Assembly: GCA_046317875.1 (NCBI GenBank)
Contig: JBKCVN010000026.1
Location: 12,617 to 76,616, forward strand
Source of the DNA: Alphaproteobacteria bacterium
Lineage (GTDB): Bacteria; Pseudomonadota; Alphaproteobacteria; UBA7879; UBA5542
Length of the DNA: 64,000 nt
Direction: 5' to 3'
Notes under the pieces: model-generated
What the model was told of the DNA's origin: nothing
The model's input: the letters and a program-made list of their open reading frames with translations, nothing else
The model's database searches: none
Made by a program: the position numbers and the translations under genes
Part shown: positions 9,541 to 19,763 of the stretch, in pieces
Position numbering within the stretch: the first letter of the stretch is position 1
Layout: each line of letters opens with the position of its first letter

Positions 9541-10518
9541 TTACCTATATGTTACTTTTTTTACCGCTTCTATGATGTCAGCTACTTGCGGCAGGGCCAT
9601 TTTTTCAAGGTTAGCTGCATAGGGTAAGGGCACATCTTTGGCGGATACACGCACTACAGGGGCATCTAGATGATCGAAGGCGTGCTCCATCATCTTAGCT
9701 GCAATTTCGGCCCCAAAGCCACAGGTGGGCCAGGTTTCTTCTACCGACACCAACCGGTTGGTTTTTTGTACTGATTCTACAATCAAATCCGTATCCAAGG
9801 GCCGCAGGGTACGCAGATCAATTACTTCCGCATCAATGCCTTCTTGGGCCAACAGTTCGGCGGCTTGAAGGGTTTTACCCACCATCAAAGAGAATGCCGT
9901 GATGGTTACATCTTTCCCTGGACGAACAATTTTACCCTTTCCAATGGGCACCACATGATCGCCCTCGGGGACCTCAAACTTTTGCCCATAGAGTAATTCA
10001 TTTTCCAAAAAAATCACGGGGTTGGGGTCACGGATGGCCGCTTTTAAAAGCCCCTTCGCATCGGCTGCATCATAGGGCGCAATGACTTTTAACCCAGGGC
10101 AGTGACTGTACCAACTGGCAAAACATTGAGAGTGTTGGGCCCCCACACGAGAGGCTGGTCCATTGGGGCCACGGAAAACAATAGGGCAACCCATTTGACC
10201 ACCAGACATGTACAATGTTTTGGCTGCCGAGTTTACGATTTGGTCGATGGCCTGCATCGCAAAGTTAAAGGTCATGAACTCGACAATAGGTTTTAATCCC
10301 ATAAAGGCAGCACCCACCCCAAGCCCTGCAAAACCATGCTCGGTGATGGGGGTATCGATGACCCGCCCAGGTCCAAATTCTTGCAACAACCCTTGGGTCA
10401 CTTTATAGGCGCCTTGGTATTCGGCTACTTCCTCGCCCATGACAAAAACATCAGGGTCTTGGCGCATTTCTTCCGCCATAGCTTCACAAAGGGCTTCACG
10501 AATCGATAGAATAGGCAT
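9541..10518 (-). CDS. pdhB: Pyruvate dehydrogenase E1 beta subunit (no N-terminal lipoyl domain)
   Basis: Transketolase-like pyrimidine-binding and C-terminal domains; 325 aa. Confidence 0.9.
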   Translation of the reverse strand: MPILSIREALCEAMAEEMRQDPDVFVMGEEVAEYQGAYKVTQGLLQEFGPGRVIDTPITEHGFAGLGVGAAFMGLKPIVEFMTFNFAMQAIDQIVNSAAKTLYMSGGQMGCPIVFRGPNGPASRVGAQHSQCFASWYSHCPGLKVIAPYDAADAKGLLKAAIRDPNPVIFLENELLYGQKFEVPEGDHVVPIGKGKIVRPGKDVTITAFSLMVGKTLQAAELLAQEGIDAEVIDLRTLRPLDTDLIVESVQKTNRLVSVEETWPTCGFGAEIAAKMMEHAFDHLDAPVVRVSAKDVPLPYAANLEKMALPQVADIIEAVKKVTYR

Positions 10519-10529
10519 GGGAGATTTCC

Positions 10530-11543
10530 TTAATTTTCAATAAGAACATCTGTATATAATTCAGATGCATCGGGTTCGGGTGAATTTTGTGCAAATTCAG
10601 CAGACTCTTTAATAGCGTCTTTAACGCGCTCGGCCACCTGTTCAAAGTCGGCTGCCGTGCAGATTTTTTCTGCCAATAAAATTGATTCCATATTGGTTAA
10701 TGGATCATTAGTGGCGCGATACGTTTCAACTTCTTCTTTGGTGCGATACTTCGCTGGGTCAGACATGGAGTGTCCCCGATAGCGATAAGTGTCCATCTCG
10801 AGAATATAGGGACCCTTGCCCGAACGAATGTGATCGAAGGCTCGCTTTGCGGCCCGTTGAACTTCGAAAATATCCATTCCATTTACCTTTTCCCCAGGAA
10901 TACCATAGGGTTCGCCACGGGTATAAAGGTCTTTGGTGGTGGTATGGCGTGCGACAGCGGTTCCCATGGAATATTGATTATTTTCCACCACGTAAAGAAC
11001 GGGCAGTTTCCAAAGGGCTGCCATATTATAGGCTTCGGCCACCTGGCCTTGGTTCGAGGCCCCATCGCCCATATAGGTGACGGATATGGCGCCCGTGTTC
11101 TTGTATTTGTGCGCAAAAGCCATGCCCGTTCCCAGGGGAACTTGGGCGCCTACGATACCGTGGCCCCCGAAAAAGTTTTTCTCGCGGCTGAACATATGCA
11201 TTGATCCGCCCTTACCCTTGGAGACACCACCGATGCGCCCCGTCAGTTCGGCCATAATCCCGTTGGCCGGCATCCCACAGGCCAGCATATGACCATGGTC
11301 ACGATAGGCCGTAATAATGGTGTCGTTTTCTTTTTGCATGGACTGAATGCCCACCACTACTGCTTCTTGACCAATATATAAATGGCAAAAGCCCGCAATC
11401 AACCCCATCCCATAAAGTTGGCCTGATTTTTCTTCAAAGCGACGAATCAGCAACATATCTTCGTATAGTTTTAATAGTTGCTGTTTATTTTGATTGTTTA
11501 CTTTTGAGTTCATTGCAATATCTGTTTTTTCTTTCACTGACAA
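10530..11543 (-). CDS. pdhA: Pyruvate dehydrogenase E1 alpha subunit
   Basis: TPP-binding region [23 protein letters not shown] and a [11 protein letters not shown] phosphorylation-loop-like motif. Confidence 0.9.
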   Translation of the reverse strand: MSVKEKTDIAMNSKVNNQNKQQLLKLYEDMLLIRRFEEKSGQLYGMGLIAGFCHLYIGQEAVVVGIQSMQKENDTIITAYRDHGHMLACGMPANGIMAELTGRIGGVSKGKGGSMHMFSREKNFFGGHGIVGAQVPLGTGMAFAHKYKNTGAISVTYMGDGASNQGQVAEAYNMAALWKLPVLYVVENNQYSMGTAVARHTTTKDLYTRGEPYGIPGEKVNGMDIFEVQRAAKRAFDHIRSGKGPYILEMDTYRYRGHSMSDPAKYRTKEEVETYRATNDPLTNMESILLAEKICTAADFEQVAERVKDAIKESAEFAQNSPEPDASELYTDVLIEN

Positions 11544-11598
11544 TTTTTGATCCTCATTATTCCACAGGATGAGGCCTAAGGCTAGCCCCTTAGATATC

Positions 11599-13095
11599 TC
11601 ATTCCTTATTTGATAATTTTTGGCTTAAAAGATCGTTTACCACGGCAGGATTAGCCTTGCCTTTTGTTTCTTTCATGACTTGTCCCACAAAGAACACAAA
11701 AAGTTTGTCTTTCCCCGATTTGTATTGAGCCACCATATCTGGGTTGTTGTCCAAAACCGTTTGGATAATCCGTTCCAGGGCCCCCGTATCCGTAATTTGT
11801 TGCAATCCTTTTTCAGAGACAATGGATTGCGGAGATTTGGATGATGACCATGCATCAGCAAATACTTCCTTGGCAATGCGCCCAGAAATAACATCTTTTT
11901 GAATCAGATTCACCAAGTCGGCCAGATGTTCAGCCGACACGGGGGTATCATGAATGGATTTATTTTCTTTGTTCAACAAAGCAAAAAAATCGCCGGATAG
12001 CCAATTGGAAATTAGTTTGGCAGACTGGAGGTCTTTATTTTTCTGCCACCCTTCGGTATGATTTACCGCTTTTTCATAAAAATCAGCGATGTCACTATCT
12101 TCTACCAATAGATCTGCATCATAAGGGGTAAGCCCATATTCCGCCATAAAACGGGATTTCTTTTGATCAGGCAATTCGGGCAGATTTCTTTTAATGCTGT
12201 CTAGGTAGTCATCCGTCAAAATCACAGGCAACAGATCTGGGTCTGGGAAATAGCGATAATCCATGGCCGTTTCTTTCGAGCGCATGGAGCGGGTTTCCCC
12301 CCGGTTAGGGTCGTATAACCGTGTTTCCTGAACCAACGTTCCGCCTTCTTCCAAAATTTCAGCTTGGCGCCGGGCCTCATATTCGATGGCTTGGCCAATG
12401 TAGCGGATCGAGTTCACGTTTTTAACCTCGGCCCGGCATCCCCAGGGTTCACCTGGGCGATTCACCGAAATGTTGACGTCTGCGCGCATGCTGCCTTCAT
12501 CCATATTTCCATCGCTGGTGCCCAAATAGCGCAGGATCAGTCGCAGCTTTTTCATAAAGGCCATGGCATGTTCGGGGGTGCTCATGTCGGGGCAGCTGAC
12601 GATTTCCATCAAGGCGGTTCCCGACCGATTGAGGTCGATACACGTTTTTTTAGGATGCAAATCATGGATGCTTTTGCCAGCATCTTGTTCCAGGTGGATG
12701 CGCTCGATCCGCACACGGTGGGTGGCCCCGTCCTGCAGGTCTAGATCTAAATACCCTTCCCCTACGATGGGGTGATACAACTGGCTGATTTGATAGCCTT
12801 GGGGCAAGTCAGCATAAAAATAATTCTTCCGGTCAAACATGGAAAATTTATTAATTTTTGCATTAATCCCATAGCCCGTTTTGATGGCTTGCTCGATACA
12901 CTTTTTATTCAGGACTGGCAACATCCCCGGCATGGCGGCGTCCACCAATGACACTTTGCTGTTAGGGTCGGCGGCAAATGATGTGGGGGCCGAGGAAAAT
13001 AATTTAGAGGCGGAGGTAACCTGAGCATGGACTTCCAGCCCGATGACCACATTCCACGGACCAGATTTTGTATGGAGCCAATAATTATGTGACAT
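11599..13095 (-). CDS. gatB: Asp/Glu-tRNA amidotransferase subunit B
   Basis: GatB family, full length, with the C-terminal YqeY-like domain. Confidence 0.9.
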   Translation of the reverse strand: MSHNYWLHTKSGPWNVVIGLEVHAQVTSASKLFSSAPTSFAADPNSKVSLVDAAMPGMLPVLNKKCIEQAIKTGYGINAKINKFSMFDRKNYFYADLPQGYQISQLYHPIVGEGYLDLDLQDGATHRVRIERIHLEQDAGKSIHDLHPKKTCIDLNRSGTALMEIVSCPDMSTPEHAMAFMKKLRLILRYLGTSDGNMDEGSMRADVNISVNRPGEPWGCRAEVKNVNSIRYIGQAIEYEARRQAEILEEGGTLVQETRLYDPNRGETRSMRSKETAMDYRYFPDPDLLPVILTDDYLDSIKRNLPELPDQKKSRFMAEYGLTPYDADLLVEDSDIADFYEKAVNHTEGWQKNKDLQSAKLISNWLSGDFFALLNKENKSIHDTPVSAEHLADLVNLIQKDVISGRIAKEVFADAWSSSKSPQSIVSEKGLQQITDTGALERIIQTVLDNNPDMVAQYKSGKDKLFVFFVGQVMKETKGKANPAVVNDLLSQKLSNKE

Positions 13096-14567
13096 TAGAG
13101 AGCCTCGATAATCGGATGTTTGAACTGAGCCGCCGTTTCAAGGGCAAAAGCGGCATTAAAAAGTCGATCTTCGCTGAGCATTGGACCCAGCAACTGCATA
13201 CCTAAGGGCAGTCCTTTTTCCGAAAAGCCCACGGGGACAGAAATGGCGGGGATTCCCGCAAGGTTAGCCGCCACAGTGAAAACGTCTTCCAAATACATGG
13301 CCAAGGGGTCCATGGACGGATCATTTAAAGCAAACGCATCCGAGGCCGTGGTGGGGGTTAGAATAAAGTCTACTTTTTGGAAAGCGGATTGGAAATCATT
13401 TAAAATTTTCCGACGCACTTTTTGGGCCCGAAGGTAATAGTCTTCATAACATCCAGCGGATAGGGCATGGGTCCCAATCATGATGCGGCGTTTGACTTCA
13501 TCCCCAAAGCCGGCGGTGCGGCTTCTTTCATACATTTCGTCCAGGGTTTGACCCTCGACCCGAAGGCCATAGCGAACACCATCGTACCGCGCCAGGTTCG
13601 AGGAAGCTTCAGCGGGGTTAACAATATAGTATACCGCCAGGCCATATTCGGTATGCGGCAAGGAAATATCAACAATTTCAGCGCCCATTTCTTTGAACCA
13701 TGTGGCCGATTGTTGCCATAGACGGGCAATGTCAGGGTGGAGACCATCGAGATTGTATTCCTTAGGAATTCCAATTTTTAATCCCTTTACGTTGCCAGTT
13801 AAGGACTGTGTGTACTGGGGAACCGCATGGGGAAGACAGGTGGAATCCTTCGGGTCATGACCGGCCATATGCTCGAGCACAAGAGCTGCGTCCCTGACGG
13901 TGCGGGCCATGGGCCCGGCGTGATCTAAAGAAGAAGCAAAAGCTATAATGCCATAGCGTGAACACCGTCCATAGGTGGGTTTAATGCCCACAATACCGCA
14001 GTGACTGGCAGGCTGACGAATGGATCCCCCCGTATCGGTTCCCAGAGCCACCAACGAAGAACCAGCCGCCACCGAGGCGCTGGACCCACCCGAGGAGCCC
14101 CCAGGGGTTAAATCCGTATCATCATTTTTTCTTTTCAAGGGATTAATACTGGGGCCAAAACAGCTGGTCAGAGTGGATGACCCCATGGCAAATTCATCCA
14201 GGTTCGTTTTGCCCAGTGAAATGGCGCCCGCTTGGTTTAATTTATGGGTAACGGTGGATTCATATGTGGGAATAAAATTTTCTAGTATTTTCGAGCAAAT
14301 GGTGGTGCGAATATCTTTGGTACAGAAAATATCTTTGGTGGCCAAAGGGAGGCCTTCCAAAGGGCGAGCTTCGCCTTTTGCATAGCGTTTGTCCGATTCT
14401 TTGGCTTGTTCACGAGCCTGTTCGAATGTATCCAAAACATAGGCATTCAGATGAAAGGTTTCTTCTGCTCGTTGAATATAGGTATTGATTACCTCGGAGG
14501 TACTTATTTCTTTTTTGACCAGCTTCTGCCGAAGGTGATGAAAGTCTAATTTTAATAGGGATACCAT
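13095..14567 (-). CDS. gatA: Glu-tRNA(Gln) amidotransferase subunit A
   Basis: Amidase signature [14 protein letters not shown]; overlaps the gatB start. Confidence 0.9.
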   Translation of the reverse strand: MVSLLKLDFHHLRQKLVKKEISTSEVINTYIQRAEETFHLNAYVLDTFEQAREQAKESDKRYAKGEARPLEGLPLATKDIFCTKDIRTTICSKILENFIPTYESTVTHKLNQAGAISLGKTNLDEFAMGSSTLTSCFGPSINPLKRKNDDTDLTPGGSSGGSSASVAAGSSLVALGTDTGGSIRQPASHCGIVGIKPTYGRCSRYGIIAFASSLDHAGPMARTVRDAALVLEHMAGHDPKDSTCLPHAVPQYTQSLTGNVKGLKIGIPKEYNLDGLHPDIARLWQQSATWFKEMGAEIVDISLPHTEYGLAVYYIVNPAEASSNLARYDGVRYGLRVEGQTLDEMYERSRTAGFGDEVKRRIMIGTHALSAGCYEDYYLRAQKVRRKILNDFQSAFQKVDFILTPTTASDAFALNDPSMDPLAMYLEDVFTVAANLAGIPAISVPVGFSEKGLPLGMQLLGPMLSEDRLFNAAFALETAAQFKHPIIEAL

Positions 14568-14581
14568 AGATAAAGCCTTTA

Positions 14582-14878
14582 TTATTCTACAACTTTGGGA
14601 ACAAGGAAGAAGCCGTAATCCTGATCGGGGGAATTAGCCAGCACGTCTTCTTTTGAATTTTCCAGGTGGGCGATGTCTTCCCGCAGGGGAGTTTGGGGGA
14701 TAAGATCCACCACAGGGTTGGCTAGGGGTTGGGTGTCTGAGATATCAACTTTTTTTAATTGATCAATCCAGTCAAAGACTTTGGATAAGCCAATCGTAAT
14801 TTCTTCCACTTTATCTTCAGACATCTTAAGCTGGGCCAGCTTTTCAATCCGAATAATTTGTTCTTTCTTCAGCGACAT
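14582..14878 (-). CDS. gatC: Glu-tRNA(Gln) amidotransferase subunit C
   Basis: Small protein heading the gatCAB operon; likely start MSLKKEQI (the track ORF extends 10 codons upstream). Confidence 0.75.
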   Translation of the reverse strand: MSLKKEQIIRIEKLAQLKMSEDKVEEITIGLSKVFDWIDQLKKVDISDTQPLANPVVDLIPQTPLREDIAHLENSKEDVLANSPDQDYGFFLVPKVVE

Positions 14879-15132
14879 TGAAACTCCGAAAATTAATGAC
14901 CAGACCATACAACAGAGTGCGTTTCATGTCTAGTTTCTATCATGCACGAGTTCTTATTATTCAAGGCTTGGGGCGTAAAATCCTTAGTTAGGCTCTGCAC
15001 AATCTGTGCTTAATGATGTGTTTGACATTGTTCTTTAATTAGATTAGACGGGACATACTAATTACACCTTGAAAATTTTGGGGAGACTAATCTTTATTTT
15101 ATGCATTAATTCTTTTATTAATCCCTATTCTA

Positions 15133-15822
15133 ATGGGGTGTTCTGGAGAAAAAAGAAGACCCTGTTTCTTAGAGGTGCAGAAAGATCAAAGAGGGTTTTC
15201 TTATCATTCAAGATCTATGGATTGGCACAATATCTCTTTAAATCAGGGGTATGCGGCTCCGAAATATGATTCTGGGCCCCGTTATGATGAACTGAATGTT
15301 TCCCCAGGTGATCTTATAGATGTAAAGCTGTTACAAGAAAAAGCCCAACAGGGGGATGCACAAGCTCAGTATAATTTAGGTGTATTTTATGATTGGGGGC
15401 ATGAATCAGATCCGTCTAAGGCCATGGAATGGTTCAAAAAAGCTAGGGAAAAAGGACACATTTTAGCCCAATTTAATTTAGGGTGTATCTATGCCAACAG
15501 GCAAAGCTCTCGAAAGGAGATGGATCAAAAGAACCGTGTAAGGGCCATGAAATGGTTCAAAAAAGACGCAATTCAAGAATATCAAGAAGCACAGTATAAT
15601 CTTGGCATGGCCTATGTAATAGGTCATGGAGTTGTAAAAGACCATTCCAAGGCTAAGATATGGCTTCAGAAAGCCGCAGATCAAGGGCACATTATCTCAA
15701 AGTATAATCTTGGGGTTATGTATGCTAATAGGTTGGGGGGTAAAAAAGATCAGGTCAGATCTTTAAAATTATTTTGGGAGGTTGCTCTAGAAGGTTTAGA
15801 GGGCTTTGCCAAAGCCCCTTAA
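15133..15822 (+). CDS. Sel1-repeat protein, apparently frameshifted (signal peptide in an upstream ORF at 15069)
   Basis: Four or more Sel1/TPR-like repeats (AQYNLGVFYDWG..., AQFNLGCIYAN..., AQYNLGMAYVIGHGV..., SKYNLGVMYAN...). A signal-peptide-like ORF at 15069-15269 is in the -1 frame relative to this ORF and overlaps it across an A6 run. Confidence 0.6.
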   Translation: MGCSGEKRRPCFLEVQKDQRGFSYHSRSMDWHNISLNQGYAAPKYDSGPRYDELNVSPGDLIDVKLLQEKAQQGDAQAQYNLGVFYDWGHESDPSKAMEWFKKAREKGHILAQFNLGCIYANRQSSRKEMDQKNRVRAMKWFKKDAIQEYQEAQYNLGMAYVIGHGVVKDHSKAKIWLQKAADQGHIISKYNLGVMYANRLGGKKDQVRSLKLFWEVALEGLEGFAKAP

Positions 15823-16021
15823 AAGCGATGCTTAGATGTGCTTTGGCCGACGGAAGAATAGTTAAAGAGGTGAATCCACAAAAATGGATTTCTGGGTTTT
15901 CTGATTAAAGCAAGATGTATTTCTTCTTTATATTATTCATATTTATAATTATTTTTGGATTATATTATGTCTCTCACATACTGTTAGAGAGCATCTTAAT
16001 GGCTAGTTTTATCGGAAAGTT

Positions 16022-17371
16022 TTGGAAAAAATGAACCTATTTTATATTTTGATTTTTTTTGTTTTGATTCTTTGTTTGATATTTATGTTTAAACGTTCTG
16101 TGTTTAAGCCAAACAGTTTGTCTCGGCTTTCAACAAGTGAGTCTGCAACAGGGAATTTTAATAAAATATTTGAATATTTTGAAGGTGCAGGAATACCACA
16201 AGATGAGAAACAAGCTATAGAATCTTTTCGAAAAGGAGTCGAGCAAGGAGATGCTCGAGCACAGACAAATCTTGGAATAGCATATAGCCTAGGGGTTAGC
16301 GTTAAAAAGGATAGTGCTAAAGCAGTTAAGTTGTTTAAAGACGCAGCACAGCAGGAATATGCAGCTGCTCAGCGTCTTCTAGGATTTTCATATCTTATGG
16401 GTCAAGGAATTGCTAAGAACAATTTGAAGGCGCTGGAGTGGTATCGTAAAGCCGCTGACCAAGGTGATGCCATTGCACAAGTTGAATTGGGCAGTATGTA
16501 TGAGAACGGGCAGGGTGTTCAGATAGACTGTGAAAAAGCTGTAGCATGGTATCAAAAAGCTGCTGACCAAGGATATGCCGATGGGCAGCGTCTTTTGGGA
16601 TTTTCATATTTTATGGGTAAAGGGGTTGCCAAGAGTAACTCAAAAGCGATTTTTTGGTATCAAAAGGCAGCAGATCAAGGACACTCTATTGCCCAAAACA
16701 ATTTAGCGTCTATGTATGCTGAGGGCCAAGGGTTTAAACAAGATTTTTTAAAAGCAGCAGAGTTATATAAAAAATCTGCAGAGCAGGGGAATTCTGTGGC
16801 GCAAAACAATCTGGGTTACATGTATAGGGATGGACAAGGAGTCAAGAAAGATCTTGCAAAAGCATTGGAATTTTTTCAAAAAGCGGCTGATCAAGGATTT
16901 TTGTATGCTCAGTATGAGGTTGGAAAAGCCTATTTTATGGGTAAAGGGGTTTTACAGGACAATTTTAAGGCCATAAAATGGTTTCGTAAAGCAGCTGACC
17001 AAGGAGAGTTTCGTGCACAATTTAATCTAGGTTATATATTTATGGTAGGCCATGGTGTGTATGCAAACTGGGCCAAAGGGCTTAAATGGTATCAAAAAGC
17101 AGCTGAACAGGGGCACTCTATGGCCCAGAATAATTTAGGAATCATGCACACATATGGACAAGGGGTAGAAAAAGACTTCTCAAAAGCGTTTGAATGGTTT
17201 CAAAAAGCTGCCCTGCAAGGGCTAGACGAAGCACAATTTAATTTGGGATCTATGTATGACAAGGGGCAAGGAGTCAAGAAAGACTTTTCAAGCGCGGTTG
17301 AGTGGTATAAGAAAGCTGCAGCACAAGGCCATGCAGGTGCCATTGCTGCTTTAAAAGAAAAAAGTTCTTAA
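16022..17371 (+). CDS. Sel1-repeat protein (~11 tandem Sel1 repeats) with an N-terminal TM/signal segment
   Basis: Reiterated A(Q/A)xNLGxMYxxGxGVxxDxxKAxxWYxKAAxQG units; hydrophobic N-terminus LFYILIFFVLILCLIFMF. Confidence 0.8.
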   Translation: MEKMNLFYILIFFVLILCLIFMFKRSVFKPNSLSRLSTSESATGNFNKIFEYFEGAGIPQDEKQAIESFRKGVEQGDARAQTNLGIAYSLGVSVKKDSAKAVKLFKDAAQQEYAAAQRLLGFSYLMGQGIAKNNLKALEWYRKAADQGDAIAQVELGSMYENGQGVQIDCEKAVAWYQKAADQGYADGQRLLGFSYFMGKGVAKSNSKAIFWYQKAADQGHSIAQNNLASMYAEGQGFKQDFLKAAELYKKSAEQGNSVAQNNLGYMYRDGQGVKKDLAKALEFFQKAADQGFLYAQYEVGKAYFMGKGVLQDNFKAIKWFRKAADQGEFRAQFNLGYIFMVGHGVYANWAKGLKWYQKAAEQGHSMAQNNLGIMHTYGQGVEKDFSKAFEWFQKAALQGLDEAQFNLGSMYDKGQGVKKDFSSAVEWYKKAAAQGHAGAIAALKEKSS

Positions 17372-18504
17372 CTAATAGATATATCCACAAAAACAGGCTG
17401 TTGGGTTTTGGGATCAAAGGCCAGGGCCACTTTACCTTCTTTTATTTTTAGGGCCCTTTCCCCGAACAGTGATAGCCTCCACCCCTGCATAAGGGGAGAG
17501 GTGGACGGGTTATGCACAAAATCTTCCAGCCGATCCCGATTGGCAATTAATTTTGGGGCAATTCCATGGGTCTCTGCCTGGGCCTTTAGGAAAACGGATA
17601 AAATATCCATTAGGGTGCCATTGGGTTTCGGACGAAAATCGCCATTTGTTTTAAGCGGCGACGCCTTTTCAGCCGCTTCCATAAATGCTGATTGGATTTG
17701 GGGGTTGGTAATGCCGTTGGTGGATAAATCTTCGGGGGTCAATTTGGTTTTTGAGGCTAGCTTGACCAAAATTTCATCCTTGATCAGATGGGAGCGGGGC
17801 ACGTTTTGACTTTGAGCATAGCGCTCCCGTACGGCGGCTAATTCTTTGAGCATGCCCAAAAGGGCAGGGGAGGAATGAAAAAATGTTTTGATCTTAAGCC
17901 AGGCCTTGTCGAAGCTGGTTTGGTACGTATCTGGGTTATTCAGAATATCCAATTCATCTTGGATATATTCAATTTTAGATCCTGCCCGTTCCACTAGTTT
18001 TTCATAAATTTCTTGCAGGTTTTCCACATCGCCCATGGCATAGGTAATTTGTTTGGGGCTAAGCGGGCGCTGGGCCCAATCGGTGTGTTGTTGGGACTTG
18101 TCTACTTTTTTCCCCACAATGCCTTCCGAGAGCTTGTCGTAAGAAATGCTGTCTCCGAACCCACAGACCATGGCCAAAATTTGGGTATCTGCAATGGGAG
18201 AGGGGACCTGGCCCCACATCAGATGAAAGACTTCCAAGTCTTGGCGGGCGGCATGAAAAATCTTAAGAATCTGGCTGTCTAGGAATAAGTCCTTCAAGGG
18301 CGATAAATCAAGCTTTTGGGGAAGGGGGTCAATAAGTACAATTTGATCATCAAACGCCAGTTGGATCAGACATAACTTTGGCCAATAGGTGGTTTTGCGG
18401 AAAAATTCCGTATCCACACTAAGGTATTTAGGTCGGGTAGAAAGGATAGTCCCACATAAAGTTTCTAGTTGAGCCTGTTGATCGATATAAATAGGTTTCA
18501 TCAT
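17368..18504 (-). CDS. rnd: Ribonuclease D
   Basis: DEDDy 3'-5' exonuclease domain (LSVDTEFF, YAMGDV) plus HRDC-like C-terminal regions. Confidence 0.8.
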   Translation of the reverse strand: MMKPIYIDQQAQLETLCGTILSTRPKYLSVDTEFFRKTTYWPKLCLIQLAFDDQIVLIDPLPQKLDLSPLKDLFLDSQILKIFHAARQDLEVFHLMWGQVPSPIADTQILAMVCGFGDSISYDKLSEGIVGKKVDKSQQHTDWAQRPLSPKQITYAMGDVENLQEIYEKLVERAGSKIEYIQDELDILNNPDTYQTSFDKAWLKIKTFFHSSPALLGMLKELAAVRERYAQSQNVPRSHLIKDEILVKLASKTKLTPEDLSTNGITNPQIQSAFMEAAEKASPLKTNGDFRPKPNGTLMDILSVFLKAQAETHGIAPKLIANRDRLEDFVHNPSTSPLMQGWRLSLFGERALKIKEGKVALAFDPKTQQPVFVDISIS

Positions 18505-18651
18505 TTTTATATATAAGAATATATCATTTTCTGCAATTTTTCTGTATTGAAAGATCCTGTAAGCTTCTTTTTAAATAGCAATATATAAAAAATGACAAAA
18601 CAAAAAAAATCTGTTAATTCAATCATGTGACTAAATATAAGGAGATTTGTG

Positions 18652-19170
18652 ATGGAATGGATACAAAAGGCACTGCTCGTATTAATTGTCTGTATTGGAT
18701 CGGTTTTTGGAGCGTTCGATGAAGAAAGCGTTGGAGCTTCTAAGCTGGAATCAAAACTCAATCTTGATAGAAAAACTTTTGAAGACACATATATCGACCA
18801 GGGTAATTCTTTAAAAACGTCATGTGATTATGGAGTGCGAGAGGCTAGAAGCCGTGTGGTTATTGTAACACAGTGGGAAAGTCTTTTCGGGGTAAAATCA
18901 GATCTAGAAGTTAAAATGGCATTGCGCACAGTTTATGAAGCCCATAAAGAAATCCCTGAAGTTGATTTCTTATTTTTCTACATTGTAGGTTTAGAAAAAA
19001 AATCAGGTGCTTATACTCAGATTAAAAATTTGGGAGCAGTCAATGAAGAAGAAGCAGAAACTGTGTCACAGAATTTTGAATTAAATATTGATGCTGTGAC
19101 CCCTAAGAACTTAAGAGATGACCAAGTTTGTCTTTTGCTGCATAAAAGTAAGCTATACGAACAAGAATAG
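18652..19170 (+). CDS. Hypothetical secreted protein
   Basis: Signal peptide MEWIQKALLVLIVCIGSVFGA. An AAGGAG Shine-Dalgarno motif lies 8 nt upstream of the ATG. No recognisable domain. Confidence 0.4.
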   Translation: MEWIQKALLVLIVCIGSVFGAFDEESVGASKLESKLNLDRKTFEDTYIDQGNSLKTSCDYGVREARSRVVIVTQWESLFGVKSDLEVKMALRTVYEAHKEIPEVDFLFFYIVGLEKKSGAYTQIKNLGAVNEEEAETVSQNFELNIDAVTPKNLRDDQVCLLLHKSKLYEQE

Positions 19171-19284
19171 GGAAGCTCAAAAAATATCGATGTTTTTTGC
19201 CTAAATATGCATTTTTGCAAATGCTAGACTTATCTTCTTTTTCGGTATATAGTCTAGCATTCAGAATTTAGAAAAAGGATTAAA

Positions 19285-19701
19285 ATGGCTCGCGTAACGG
19301 TTGAAGATTGTATCACAAAGATTCCAAATCGCTTTGAATTAGTGTTGGTGGCTTCCCAACGGGTTCATGAGATTTCTACAGGTGCCCCCCTTACATTAGA
19401 CAAAGATAACGATAAAAACTCGGTTATTGCCCTTCGTGAAATTGCAGAGGGTACGGTTTCCATCGATTCTTTGAAAGAAGGCGTTGTTCAAGGCTTTCAA
19501 ACACATGTGGATGCAGATGAAGAAGAACAGATGGCTGTGGAAGCACTTTCTGAGGAAAACAGCTGGTTGACGGGCCAAGAAAGTGGTAATCTTTCTGAAG
19601 AGATTTCGGAAGACGTATTAACCATAGTGGATGATTTAGAAAGTGAAGAACATCAAGCAGAGCCTTCACCTGAAGAGATTCTTGAAGAATCAGAAGACTA
19701 A
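19285..19701 (+). CDS. rpoZ: RNA polymerase omega subunit with an acidic C-terminal extension
   Basis: [30 protein letters not shown] is the canonical RpoZ N-terminus. Confidence 0.85.
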   Translation: MARVTVEDCITKIPNRFELVLVASQRVHEISTGAPLTLDKDNDKNSVIALREIAEGTVSIDSLKEGVVQGFQTHVDADEEEQMAVEALSEENSWLTGQESGNLSEEISEDVLTIVDDLESEEHQAEPSPEEILEESED

Positions 19702-19729
19702 TTCATTAAACCTTTATCAACAAAGGAAA

Positions 19730-19752
19730 GGACGCCTGCGCGTCCTTTTTTT
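19730..19752 (+). terminator. Hairpin plus T-run between rpoZ and spoT (terminator or attenuator)
   Basis: ggacgc-ctgc-gcgtcc followed by ttttttt. Confidence 0.5.
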
Positions 19753-19763
19753 ATGGCAACTCA

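Noticed and set aside
10770-11292. Several 70-144-aa ORFs on both strands inside pdhA
   Set aside because: Overlap a strongly supported conserved gene; no start context or motifs
18507-18788. 93-aa minus-strand ORF
   Set aside because: Overlaps the start and promoter of the 18652 ORF in an AT-rich region; low-complexity translation
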